Origin: Antedon mediterranea
Lineage: Eukaryota; Animalia; Echinodermata
NCBI RefSeq assembly: GCF_964355755.1
Contig: NC_092678.1
Coordinates: 21,345,365 to 21,409,364 of the forward strand
Direction of reading: 5' to 3'
DNA: 64,000 nucleotides
Under the pieces are notes generated by a model, which was not told where the DNA came from, did not search any database, and saw only the letters and a list, made by a program, of their open reading frames with translations. Positions 1 through 33,900 of this stretch are shown here, in pieces (position 1 is the stretch's first letter; each line of letters opens with the position of its first letter). A program made the translations under genes and the position numbers.

Positions 1-233
1 CGTTTCCTTGACGTAAATTGGCGGCGTGTAAATGAAACAATTGTTTTCACCAAATTGGTTCCTATTAGCCGTTGTCGACATAGCAATTGGCGGCTAACGT
101 GGCTAAGCTAAAAAGTATGTATTTTTTCAAAAATTACACTAGCAAACATTTGCTAGTTATGAAATTTTCAACTAGCAATTATCAAGAATCTACTAGCAAA
201 ATGCTAGTTTGCTAGCGTGAATTTCGAGCCCTG
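1..233. mobile_element. Possible terminus of a hAT-like non-autonomous DNA transposon (other end outside window)
   Basis: Ends in AATTTCGAGCCCTG (reverse complement CAGGGCTCGAAATT, a CAGGG-type terminus), preceded by repeated (A)CTAGCAAA / TTTGCTAG subterminal motifs. No partner TIR or TSD visible. Confidence 0.35.
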
Positions 234-884
234 GTACTGTATCACCCAAACGTGTTTATAGGCCATGCAAAATTATGCATCCAAGTAAATCCACAACTAT
301 ACCTGTACCACTAAATTTTGGTATGCACACTATACTATACATTATTTGTATAGGCAGCCTCATGGATAGTTAGCGAATCTGCGAATCTTTTCATGGACCA
401 CAGATTATCTAATTCAAATATCCAGCTAAACATGTTCATGAAGTTTCTATATTCCTAAATTATTGCTGATACTGTATATATCAATACTTGATACCTTTAA
501 TTGTATCCATGTATTCTATGTTTGGAACGTCTTATGTTACTGATGGTTATCTAGATACCGTGGTAACTTAGTAAAGCAATTAAAGGTCAGAAGAAAATGA
601 TCCAAGGTCAACATAAGATCTTTGAGATGAATGTAATATCTTTTTTAAATTTCACAATTTATAGGATGTTAAATCATTCACAACACAACATACAATAATA
701 ATATTAATACATTACCGTGTCAGAATTATTCTACTGCACAGTAAAGCTACATTGTAATTATTACAAGCTTTTTTGGGTAAAAGTCATACAGATTGTATGT
801 AGTGGCTTGAACTATGTTGAATCTAAAATCATTGTAGAAAGATGTAGTTACTTTAGTAACTGCAGTAGAAATGTTATGACATGA

Positions 885-21837
<20,953 letters not shown>

Positions 21838-22887
21838 TGTTGTCCACCCCCTCTGTACATAACCTGCTGTATAAAGTCCTTATGTAATTTAATAGATACA
21901 CAAAGTGTCTCAAGTACTCGAACCCTATTGGTGTAGATTGTTTAGTGTAGGCCCCCTCTTAATATAGACCAACAAGTGTTTAAATTGCGTGATGTGGCTA
22001 CGAAACTTAAGAAGCAATCATATGTACGTGCTTAAAACAATATGATAACTAACTACTAATACCACAGATGATAATCCTAAATTGTAGGCAGTCTGGGAAG
22101 ACAAAACAACGGATCAACACTGGGGTTGTGTATATACCAAATTTATTCGAATAAACGCCTCCCTCAAACACTCCCCATAGAGCATCATGTGGAATAAACA
22201 CCATCCTTGGATAAAATCCCAGTGGAATTATATACACTATTGTATTGCAATGCATTCAAATTTATTGATTGACATGATCTACAATTTAACATGCATTTTG
22301 ATACAATTTTTTCCTGTATTTTATCACTCCTGGGTATTAATTAATTGTGTTGTATTTTTCTTGTTACGAAATTACCAAAAAAAAAACGCCGAATAAACAT
22401 GCGCATTCCCCCCACCCCCTTCCCTTAAAAATCCTCCTGAACACTAAACACCCTGGAGTGTTTACTTTAATAAATACGGTACATGCACTACCTATCACAG
22501 TACATGTTCAAATGATCGTTACGTCTCATTGCTTCTTCATGTATTTAAAAAGTTCAACATTTTGTTGATCAAGGCTTTTTAGAATAATTGATCTTCAGGT
22601 AGAATGACAAGGGCTTTAGTTGGTCTTTAAATTGGCCTTGCAAACTGCAGTTAGTAGTGAACATAGATGTTTGGTTAATTGAATACATTGTGATAGGTTT
22701 CAGATAAAATAAAATTAATTTACTTTAAAAAACAGCCCAGTCGCAGATAATTCATTGCCATCTACATAATCATCCAGTGAGCAAGAAATACATTTCATGT
22801 TCCTGACGAAGTTCTTAAGTATCCTTTATTTAAAGACAAATATAATATTTCATTTAATTATAGAACTTATTCATAATTACCTCTACC

Positions 22888-23172
22888 AATAATGTAGTAA
22901 TCCATTAACTGTAAGTAAGAGCTTATGATTGGTTGAACATTGTTGACTACTTCAACCAACAAATAATGTAGTAACCCATTAACTGTAAGAGCTTTTGATT
23001 GGTTGAACATTGTTGACTACTTCAACCAACAAATAATGTAGTAACCCATTAACTGTAAGAGCTTTTGATTGGTTGAACATTGTTGACTACTTCAACCAAC
23101 AAATAATGTAGTAAACCATTAACTGTAAGAGCTTTTGATTGGTTGAACATTGTTGACTTCTTCAACCAATCA
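22888..23172. repeat. 70-bp tandem repeat, 4 copies, each with an internal hairpin
   Basis: AAATAATGTAGTAA starts at 22961, 23031 and 23101, plus a variant copy at about 22888. Each copy has TTGGTTGAA-N13-TTCAACCAA. Confidence 0.92.
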
Positions 23173-23566
23173 TATTGCAGCAATTTCAAGATAATAATCA
23201 GTTAGGTTTGTTGTAATTCAATTAGTAAGTTCTTCTTTTAATTATATCTTGTAAATTTCTTCTCGAGGGTCAAATTTTCTACTGTAGGCATGATAGAATA
23301 AATTCCATGACAGTTCTGAAATTAACGGGACTCGAAAAGACGAAGGATATGTGTACATTTTTGCATTTAGTTGTATTTACTGTTTTTGACCTTTTATGGC
23401 AAATATTCTAATTTATGCAAAGTAGGTAAGTCTCAGGTTTGAAATATTCCTTGTCGTGTACCTTTTTAGATGGTAACATATCAATTGTTTTGTCTATTCC
23501 TACCTACTGTGTTTGGTAATGATAAAATTAAAACTTATGTAATGTATTATTTTGATTTATGGCTAA

Positions 23567-23774
23567 AGGCCAACTCCAACAGCATCGTACGTCCCGGCCC
23601 GAAAAAACGCCTTGACTTGCGTTGCTTTCTGAGATGAATCCCGATAAGATGAGTTGTCTTGAGATAGTGGCGGGCGTAGTTTTCAGGTCGTATGGAGAAC
23701 TTTAAAAATATCCAAATTTATATTGATGAGGCGACTTGTCAGGCCTTGCTGTGCGATGCTGTCTGAGTTGGCCT
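23567..23774. mobile_element. PIF/Harbinger-type MITE
   Basis: TIR AGGCCAACTC..ACAGCATCG ... CGATGCTGT..GAGTTGGCCT with TAA duplicated on both sides. Confidence 0.88.
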
Positions 23775-24314
23775 TAAGAATCTTGTATAACAAGTACTAT
23801 ATATGTATTGTAGAATTTTGTTGAGATACGAGTGTGGAAGATGCTAATATGCACCAAGAACGTCATACAGTATTTAACTTTGAAAAATAGGAATCTATTT
23901 AACTTGATGCGTTATTGAATGTTCATCTAACAATTATTCTACTGCAGTTACTGCAGTAACTATTGAAAAAACATAATGATTTTAGTTTGTTTCAATGTAG
24001 GAAGTTTAGCATGCATTCACTTGTTTATGATTGCCCAAAAAAGGCTTTGTGACTGTTAATAATTATTAAATAGGTTAAAATCAAAATGTAGGTACTGCAG
24101 TAACTGCAGTAAAATAATTTATTCAAAGAATTGATTTGAGGTAATTTGTCTCCAAATTGTTATCTTTCTTTTGGTTTGTTTGTCTTAAAATAATGTAGTA
24201 GAATTTTATATCGGCGCGAAACAACTATTTAAATTAGTTCACTATGACTATTTGTATAGATCATATTTATATACATATATAGTTGTATAATGTTGATTAT
24301 GTAACAACACACAT

Positions 24315-24731
24315 GTATTTGATTTACGTTACATCCTCTGTAGTTCCTTCAGTTATGTCATAGGGTAAAGGTCAAATAGAGTTGTAAACTTGTGATGTCA
24401 TAGTATCTTATCATTTGCAAGTCTTCATTCTTGGTACAGTGGATTTAAATACATCATTCATGCATTTGATTCAATTTACAACCATCTGTAGTTCTTTTAG
24501 TTATGTCATAGGGTAAAGGTCAAATAGAGTTGTAAACTTGTGATGTCACAGTATCTTATCATTTGCAAGTCTTCATTCTTGGGACAGTGGATTAAAATAC
24601 ATCAGTTGATTTACTTTACAATTCTCTGTATATTCCTTCAGTTGCTATGTCATAGGGTAAAGGTCAAATAGAGTTGTGATGTCACAGTATCATATAACTA
24701 GTAAAGTCTTCATTTTAAGACAGTGGATTAA
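24315..24731. repeat. About 145-bp tandem repeat, 3 copies
   Basis: TATGTCATAGGGTAAAGGTCAAATAGAGTTGT recurs at about 24354, 24502 and 24646 with alignable flanks. Confidence 0.88.
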
Positions 24732-26318
24732 GGATTATATCGACCAAATACAGTCCCGAAAATGAACAGGACGGTGTATGCTGCGCTTATATACAAAATC
24801 TATTATAACCACAGCTCAGCGGTGTTGTTCGGCGGAAAACTCTGCTCACACGGTGATGTAATATGAATTCTGAGAATTTCTGTTATAAGAATATTCGATT
24901 ACTGGATCTTTTAATAGTCGTTTTCAAAAACATAAATGATGCGTACGTTTGTATATATGGTAAGATAGACTTTGTAGACAATTCGTTACCAAAATCATCA
25001 CAGTAAACTTTTACATTTGTTGACAATGTTCTTTCCCTCGCAATCATGTCAAAAATGGTTTTGAGATGGATTTTTTTTTTTTGTAAATTTGTGGTATATA
25101 ATACTTGATTGACGAATTTGCATTTGTTGTGGCGTGGTACGATTTAAGTAGCATCTGCAAAAGGAAGATAGTTTGCGATTATTACTCTTTTCAATTCAAA
25201 GATGTACAACATTATTTGGTTTCCTATGATGAATTTGGGTTAAAAGAATACAAATTTAATACTTAACTGAAATATTGGTGAATAATGCGATGTATTGTTA
25301 TTTCTTTCTTCTTAGTGAAATAAATTAAGGTTGTGATTGTAACAATTTTTGGTGGTTGACGCTGTGTACCATTACCATAGTTACATCATTTACTCTATTT
25401 TAGTTGTCAGAATTAAAAGAGTTTCTGGTAACGTTAAATGTTGTTATTGGTTTTTTTTGCATTGCGCCTGGTACGAAACAAGTGTTACTTCAAGAAGTGA
25501 GGAAATAAAGATGAAATATATGTTTGTGTGAATGGTTAAAATACTGAAAATGTGTACTTCCATATTTAGAATACCACCAGTAGAATACGAAATGTGGCAA
25601 TTAACTTAGGAGATACGCAGAATTATAAATGCAGTTAAGGCGTTTCATAGTTATACGGCATTTCAGTGAAGCGTGACATCCAGGGACGTAGCACCACCAT
25701 TCCATTTCTTGCAAGCAAGTTGCACGACGGACGACACAACGTAAACAATTTTTGGGGTGAGTTTTAATTGTTGTTTCTTGGGCTAGTTTAGTAATCAAAC
25801 TATATTAGGCTGTGATGTTAATAGGCCTAACTGAACTAAATATACTTTCAAATAATCCATTGATCATGGAGTAAATTTATTCCATGACTTAATTAATTAA
25901 CGTATCGGAAAGGACATCACATAGCCTGCCTAATACTTAGGCCTATGTTCAGCTCAGCAGTGTGTCGTGGTTGTTGCTTGCTGGGTCTAGCTACGCATTT
26001 GTTGGTAGGCCTATCTACAATGTCGCCATCAAGCAGCTTTTCCTACTCTAAAATGCAGTATCATATATTGGATTGCAAGACTCACTTTCATCCATACCAT
26101 AATACACCTAATGCCAGATATTAAAATAAATTAAAAACAGGACTCTCGCATCATTTTTTTTAAAATCATAATTTCTAATCATGACATTTTTATGGAATAT
26201 GCTGGTATAGTACTAGATAAATTATGCATGCCTAGTCTACTAGTCGTATGCTAGGCTAGGTCTAGCATAGCATTAATAATAATACTTTTTTTCAGTAGTT
26301 TCATTTCAAGAATAGAAA

Positions 26319-29184
26319 ATGTCAGCTAATCTCAAAGGCAAGATTCAAACAGGTAATTGTAACCTAATTTCATTTAATATCTTTTCTTCAAATGATATTA
26401 TATTGATTATTTAAAATAATATTTCACATAATAAAGACTGTTAACTATTGCATTGCAGTTTTAGGACCTATTGACCCTTCTACATTGGGTCCAACTTTGA
26501 CCCATGAACATTTGCATATGACCTATGGCTGCTGTTACGTGGACCCTCGTGCTGAAGATCGTGAAATGATCGATGAGCCGATTGTAATGAAGAATCTTAG
26601 TTTTATCAATCATTTTCCGTACGTAATTATATCATTTTTCAATTATTATATTATAATTTATGCATTTACTAAAGCACATTCATTAGTGCAAATTTACAAA
26701 AGAAAATGAAATTGTTCCATGGTAAAATGAGATAATTTAACATTAATTGTTCATTATATTTTTTTTTTTAGTTATGCAAATAAAGCCAATTTGGACCTTC
26801 ACAATGATAAAGATGCCATACTTGAAGAACTTGAATTATTCAAGAAGAAAGGAGGGTCATGTATCGTTGAAGTTTCTCCGGTTGGGATCGGAAGAGATGT
26901 TCAAGTTTTAGCTGATTATTCAAAGAAAACAGGTGTTCAAATAGTGAGCGGTGCAGGTAACATATTATTTATATTTTGTTTGTAATTAAGTATTCATATT
27001 CAATTTGTAATAAAATGTTAGTGTAACTGTTACGTTAATTTAATTTTGTTTGAATGGATTTATTTGTCTTAAAATTAACACCGCCCACTTCTCCCTCCCC
27101 TCCCCTTCTCCCATGCCAAAACCCCTCCCCATGCCAAAACCCCTCTTCCCATGCCAAAACCCCTCTCCCCATGCCAAAACCCCCCCTCCCCGTCTAGATT
27201 AACTAAATTATACATATAAAAGATCTAAATCTAAAAGATAGAATGCCATGGTACACATAAATATTGATTACAATTAGCTCCAACCGGATTAATTTAATTA
27301 CTATAATCATTAGTTTTCTTATTGTTGTAGGCTATTATCTGGCGTGTTCAATGCCGTCAGAGTTGGATAGTATAAAAGAAGAGGAGATTGTTGAAACCCT
27401 AAAATATGAATTAACAGAAGGGGCTGATGGAACGAACATCCAATGTGGAGTGATTGGAGAAGTTGGCTGCTCATGGCCATTACACCGTAAGAAGACACTA
27501 ATAATCTTTCTTTTATTTCTTTCAATAAATCATTATTAGACAGACTATTTGTATTGCAAGTTTATTGCTAATGGCAACTTGTGCAACAAACTTGGATGGA
27601 GCTCAAGTTTCTTCTGTTACTTTATGATTGATATTCTATAAATAACTTACAGTAGACCTGTGGAAGCCAATAAAGTGTCTCAGTAGTGATGTCCCCTCAA
27701 TTAAGGTTGGCCATAGTGTTAAAACATTTATATCCCCTTGTGAAAGTATCTATCTAATAGGGGTGTTCCCTAAATAAAACCAGAAATGTTATTTAATGAA
27801 TGTTGCTCTTTATATTGTCGTAATAAAGTTTGACAAATTAATTTTCAGCAAATGAAAAGAAGTCACTCCGTGCAGCTGGTATCGCCCAATCAGAACTTGG
27901 TTGTCCCGTGATCATTCATCCTGGCAGGAGTGAAGGCAAACCAGAAATGGCGCCAACAGAACATCTTAGAGTCTTCCAAGAAGCTGGTGGGGTTGCAAGT
28001 CACACGGTTATGTCTCACTTAGATCGTAAGTATACAAATATTAGGAAGATAAGGAGGCAGTAATTTGAAAAGTTGTGGAGTGGTGGTGAACACCAGATTT
28101 TCTACTGTATCACCACATATATCATGATTTGTCTAGATACAGCGTCACATATGTATCACATGATGCCGGTTTCATGATACAATTCTAAAACATAAAATCT
28201 CTCTATCTCTATTTAATCAGAACAGTATCACAATTTCGATTTTAATGTCTTGTAAAACGTCCTTTTTTGTGTACAGGTTTTCAGTTTTTGGCTATGTTAT
28301 TTTATTTCTATAAGCTTTTCCGACTTGATGTTCTGCATGAGATCTTTTTTTTTTAACTGTTTTATTATTGTACAAGTGGTATATGTAATTTACTCTTAAT
28401 TCAATGTTTATATTGCAATTAGTAAAACGAATAAAACCAGAAATATATAAACCAGAAATATATAAATATATTTTTTCAATAATTAAATGTCTGTTTTATA
28501 ATACCGTTTCAATCTAAAACTAGTTAATTTTAAATTTCTCTTTTTTGAAGGTTGTTGCCAAACAATGGAGACCGTCTTAGAGTTCGCTGAACTTGGTTCA
28601 TACCTTGAGTATGACTTCTTTGGAAACGAGTGTTCCTATTATCAAACTGTTCCTTCGATAGACTTCATCTCAGACGCTCAACGCATCAACCTTATTAGAG
28701 GTCTGGTTGATGAAGGATATGCAGATAAAATTGTTATTGCTCATGACGTGCACACAAGGCATCGTTTGGTAGGCTTACAACATTTATGCAAATACCATGA
28801 TATATAATATAAAAGACAACGTTCGGTAGCCCTCACTATCAAACTAATTTGACAAAAACAGCCAAATATGGTAGTGATATGCCCAAATATGATAGTCATA
28901 TGATATCATGTCCATATATGGGCACATCACATTTTTTTGTCACATAAAGTTTGATAGTGTCAACAGAGCTTTAGATAGAGATTACTTATTGAGGTTAAAA
29001 TTACTTAATTTCTTACCTGACAAAACTATGATACTTTTCCTTCTTCTAGATGAAATATGGAGGCCATGGATACAGCCATATACTGGAGAATGCTGTACCA
29101 AAGATGTTGATAAAAGGCATCTCTCAGGAGGATATAGATAAGATACTCATCCACAACCCAAGATCATGGCTTACTTATTTCTGA
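26319..29184 (+). CDS. PTER: Phosphotriesterase-related protein (amidohydrolase superfamily), copy 1, 354 aa, 7 coding exons
   Basis: Exons 26319-26352, 26459-26618, 26772-26956, 27331-27486, 27849-28025, 28551-28768, 29050-29184 (1065 nt, all GT-AG, in frame). Motifs [71 protein letters not shown]. Confidence 0.96.
27110..27191. repeat. About 20-bp C-rich repeat x4
   Basis: CCCATGCCAAAACCCC repeated four times. Confidence 0.85.
28834..28972. mobile_element. MITE family A copy in PTER-1 intron 6
   Basis: CACTATCAAACTAA ... GTTTGATAGTGTCAACAGAGCTTTA. Confidence 0.8.
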
Positions 29185-29351
29185 GTTTCATTGTATTTAA
29201 GTTTACTCTTACTAATCATGGTAACAGTTTGTAGAGGGTACTGGTTTGATAATTTTTCACATGAAATTGTTTTTAATGCCTTATTTACTTATTTATTATA
29301 TGGAATTTCAATATATTGTATGGTACTGTAAAAACTTTCACTTCCATCTTA

Positions 29352-29490
29352 CGCTCTGTCTACACTATCACACTTTATATGACAAAAAAATTTGATGTGC
29401 CCATGAACACAATGACATCATATCACTACCACATTTAGGCACATCACACTTTTTTTGTCAAACTTTGTTTGATAGTGTAGACAGAGCTCT
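29352..29490. mobile_element. MITE family A copy
   Basis: GCTCTGTCTACACTATCA ... TTTGATAGTGTAGACAGAGC. Confidence 0.85.
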
Positions 29491-30049
29491 TTAGGAAATA
29501 TTTAATGCAAAAAATAATTAGTGAAAAATGTCTTGTGTTGTATTAGAGTAGAACCTGTTTGGGAAACTCCTAGAGGACACCTCTATTAAAGAAACAGTTA
29601 ACAAATGGGGGAAAATTTATAACCACCACCATGGAAATATATGGGTACACCCATATTAAGAGGATACGTTTCTGTGACATGAATGAGGGGAAAGCTATGG
29701 CCAAAACAATCCCTATTCATGTCAAACAAGAAGCATTTATATTTTATCTGTACGGTCAACCCCTATCCCTATTCAGGGAACACTCCTATGATATGGACAC
29801 TTTGTCCCCTAAAATCTTTTGATAGTGAACTGGCTTGAATAAATTGCTGATACAGTACTACCTATAATCAGATAATAAAGATATGAAATGATTTATATAA
29901 TTGTGTTTTAATTTATTTTACTCAATGTGAGCTTTCAACGAAACAGAATTGTAAAATAAGTTCAAAACCGAAAACAAAATACTCTTGACAATACAAAAAG
30001 AATTAATTTGTCCAAAGTGTAGAAAACAAGAAACCCGTCCACATAAACT

Positions 30050-30467
30050 ACTTTTGATTGGCCGAATATAATAGTTCGACTTTTTAAGGCCAGTTCCTAT
30101 TGGTCAATTTTATTGTATTGTTTTAAAAAGTTTTTTTTAAACACCTCGCGGTAAGTCTGGGCTAAGCTCTCCAAAATCGCCGATATTTAGGCCTAAGTCG
30201 ATGGGTTTATTGTCTCTTTCGTATATTTATCTGAATTGGTACTTTATCTTCAATAATTCTCGATGTATCAACAAGTGAAAAACCCTCAATGTCAACGTAA
30301 GTATTGTATTTTTTCTACCCTTGACTGACCCTTGACTCCTGGAGTTGAGCACACGCACTTACAACAGCCGGCCGGGGACGTCGCGACGTTTTTCCTGTCA
30401 TTTCTCCTGCGCTAAAAGCCTGATTCCTGAAGGAGGAGGTACACGTTTTGGTACTAGAAAAGTAAGT
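30050..30467 (+). promoter_or_regulatory. Putative PTER-2 promoter and non-coding first exon(s)
   Basis: Two inverted CCAAT boxes (ATTGG at about 30057 and 30099), a locally CpG-rich stretch, and two perfect GTAAGT donors (30297, 30462) upstream of the acceptor at 30927. Confidence 0.45.
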
Positions 30468-30953
30468 AATTTAGTTTATTTTATATCATAAACAACAACT
30501 ATAACTACTACTCTAGGCTAGTCTGGAACTAGGCTTCTCAGTTGTAGGCTTACATTAGTTAGGCCTTTATTTACTCTTTTTAGTAGCCTAGGCCTGTCAC
30601 AAGGATTGGGTAGACCCAGTAACTGTAGGCCTACTTCTGTACATTTTTTAGCTGGTCGAGCTATTAATTTATCACTATTTCACTTTCTGGAAATAGTTAG
30701 TAGGTTCTCAGGTTGCTATGAAGTTCTGTTTTACTTTAATAAAGCGCAAATAATGGAAGTTTACTTATTACTATAGGCCTACATAAAGGCTAAAAATAGA
30801 CTTTTCACTTTTCGTATTCCTCATTTTAAAAACCTTACACCCACATAAGTATAGGCCTAAACAATCATTTGGAGTTTGGCTAATCTCTTCTTTGACATTA
30901 CTTTGTATTGTTTTTTTTTCCTTCTAGAAATTTGTGAAGGCCCTTAAGGCAGC

Positions 30954-33900
30954 ATGGCAACCAAAGGACAAATTCAAACAGGTAATTAAGGGTCAGGCTT
31001 AATTTCCTCTAAGTTAGGTAAATCAATTTACCTGGGTAAAGTACTAAACCTCACCTCCAGTATTTCACAATGTTCTCTTTATTTTAGTTTTAGGCCCTGT
31101 TGATCCATCAACGTTGGGTCGAACTTTAACCCATGAACATTTGCATATGATGTACAACAGTTGCTACCTGGAACCAATAGAAGAAAAACGAGAAATGATA
31201 AACGCCCCACTTGTCATGAAAAATCTTAACTTTGTTAAACATTTTCCGTAAGTACACAATAGGAAATTATGCCAACATACAAATGGTACATGGCATTTAT
31301 GTTAAAATCATAGATGTTTTCCATGTTTTTACCATTGTCACTACTGATAAACACTATTAAAACAAAAACATTTACCAATTACTATGGTTTGGTTCCTTGT
31401 TTTTTTATAGATATTCAAATAAAGCTAATATTAATCTTCACAATGAAAAAGATGCTATCATTGAAGAACTTGAATTATTCAAGAAGAAAGGAGGGTCATG
31501 CATTGTTGAAGTTACTCCAGTTGGGATTGGAAGAGATGTTCAAGTTTTAGCTGATTATTCGAAAAAAACAGGTGTTCAAATAGTGAGCGGTGCAGGTAAC
31601 ATATTATTTAAAATAGTTTTGTAATTAAGTATTCATATTCATTGTGTATTATATGTATGTAAACTATAGTGTTTATACAATATATACATTGCTTTCTCCA
31701 AATTTGGAGCAAGTTTCTGGAACCCTCTGCCAAGAGACTTAAGCGAACTAAAATCGATAGATCTATTTAAGAAAGGCCTTAAAACTTACTTGTTTCCTAT
31801 GCATTAGAATGCGAAGCGCCTTGATCAATTTGGAAAGGCGCTATACAAATTGTATTATTATTATAGGTTACTACTTGGCTTGTTCCATGCCTCCTGACAT
31901 GAACACCAAGACGGAGGAGGAGGTCGTTGAAGGTCTTAAACGTGAATTGACAGAAGGGGCTGATGGAACTGATATCAAATGCGGAGTGATAGGTGAAATT
32001 GGCTGCTGCTGGCCTTTACATCGTAAGTTATACACTCAAATACTTAATTATTTTTGAATTCTGTAGAGATATAGTAGATCCCCTCCTTAGAGACACTACT
32101 ATTGATGGGACACATTTTTGCATCCCAAATATGTCTCCTGGGTTCTATTGCATTAGTAAACTACTTACAGAATCCTACACAACCACAGCTAAAAATGCAT
32201 CATTGTACTGTGCGCATTTATACTTAGCTGTCGCATAGTTAAGCCTCTATTTTAGTTTTGGCCTAGTAGTATCTCTATGGTATTTGCAACTTAACAATAT
32301 TATTAATTCTGTGATAGTTACACAGTACTACCATCCAACATTATTTAAGGATATGACTTCATGCATTTCTTTACGTTACATTTATTATCTTTGACAGCAA
32401 ATGAAAAAAAAGTTCTACGTGCAGCTGGTATCGTCCAATCAGAACTTGGTTGTCCTGTTATCGTTCATCCTGGCAGGAATCCAGATAAACCAGAAATGGC
32501 ACCAACAGAACATCTTAGAGTCTTCCAAGAAGCTGGTGGTGTTGCAAGTCACATGGTCATGTCTCACTTAGACCGTAAGTGAATTCTTGACGAGCAAACT
32601 TTAGGTAGCAAATGTAAATAGTATATGAATAGTTTGTAGAAGTCATGCACCTTTTGAAAAACTAACTTCAAGTGTCAACACAACAGTTTTTGTAATCCAG
32701 TATATAATACTGCAGATTGACAAAATGATGGCCTCCAGTTAATGATTTTTTTTTTTTTTAAACTAGACCCTGTATACTAGATTATTTTAAAAGGCTAAGA
32801 GTATTCAGGGGGTGAGGGCGTGTGGCGCAGTGTGTTGGACATTGGACTATTGATCATGAATCCAGAGCTCGTCACATTTCTTGTATCCTTAGTATAGGAA
32901 AGATACTTTACTTGGGTTATCCTCTCTCTACAATGGGTACCTGGTATAGGTCAAAACACAACTGCACTGATTACTGGCTGCAACATATAGGAGTATGTTT
33001 CCAGACGTGTTTGATCCAAAAAATGACCCCCCGGCTAATAATGTGATGTGCTATAGAGGCTTTTAGGTCGACGTATTGTTATTATAGTTATTATATTTTA
33101 ACTTTTCAGGTTGTTGCCAAACAGTTGAGACAGTACTAGAATTTGCTAAACATGGCTGCTATTTGGAATATGATCTATTTGGGTTTGAGTGCAGTTACTT
33201 CCAAGTAAAACCCAAGATAGACTACATATCAGACGCACAACGCATCAACCTTATTAAAGGTCTGGTAGATGAAGGCTATGCAGATAAAATTGTTATTGCT
33301 CATGACATTCATACAAGACACCGATTGGTTAGGATTATTTGGTTTGTTTAAAATAACTTACCTGGTTGTCGGTACTGTATATATAATAATTTGTCCAATA
33401 CAAAGCCAAATATGTAATACAATGTCACATGTTTTTCACATGTGATTCCTGTATCATAGGCCATAAAGCCTACCTAAACATCGGTTCCATGTGATACATT
33501 TAAGCACTGTCTACAAAAAAAGTGTGATGTGCCCAAATGTGATAGTGATATGCCCAAATATGGTAGTGATATGCCCAAATATGGTAGTGATATGCCATCA
33601 TCGAGTCCGTATATGGAAAAATCACATTTTGTTGTCACATAAAGTTTTATAGGTGTAGGGACAAGGCTTTATACTGTATACAGAATATGCCTATGATACT
33701 GAAAAGTAATGCCATATGTGGAGATACAGCACAGGGAATTGGGTGAGGCTAATCGGGGCTTTGTAAAGATGATAGACAAAATACAAGTCTAGAATGGGGT
33801 CATATGAATTTGATCAGACAAAACTAAATCACCACCCACTACCTGACTATACACACAGTATTTGTGTTATCAATTTTGTCTTATTAATTAGAAAAATGTA

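Noticed and set aside
30289-30937. Spliced uORF MSTNL* ahead of PTER-2 resembling the PTER-1 start MSANL
   Set aside because: It depends on an unverified first exon, is only 5 codons, and PTER-1 has no intron at that position; likely coincidence.
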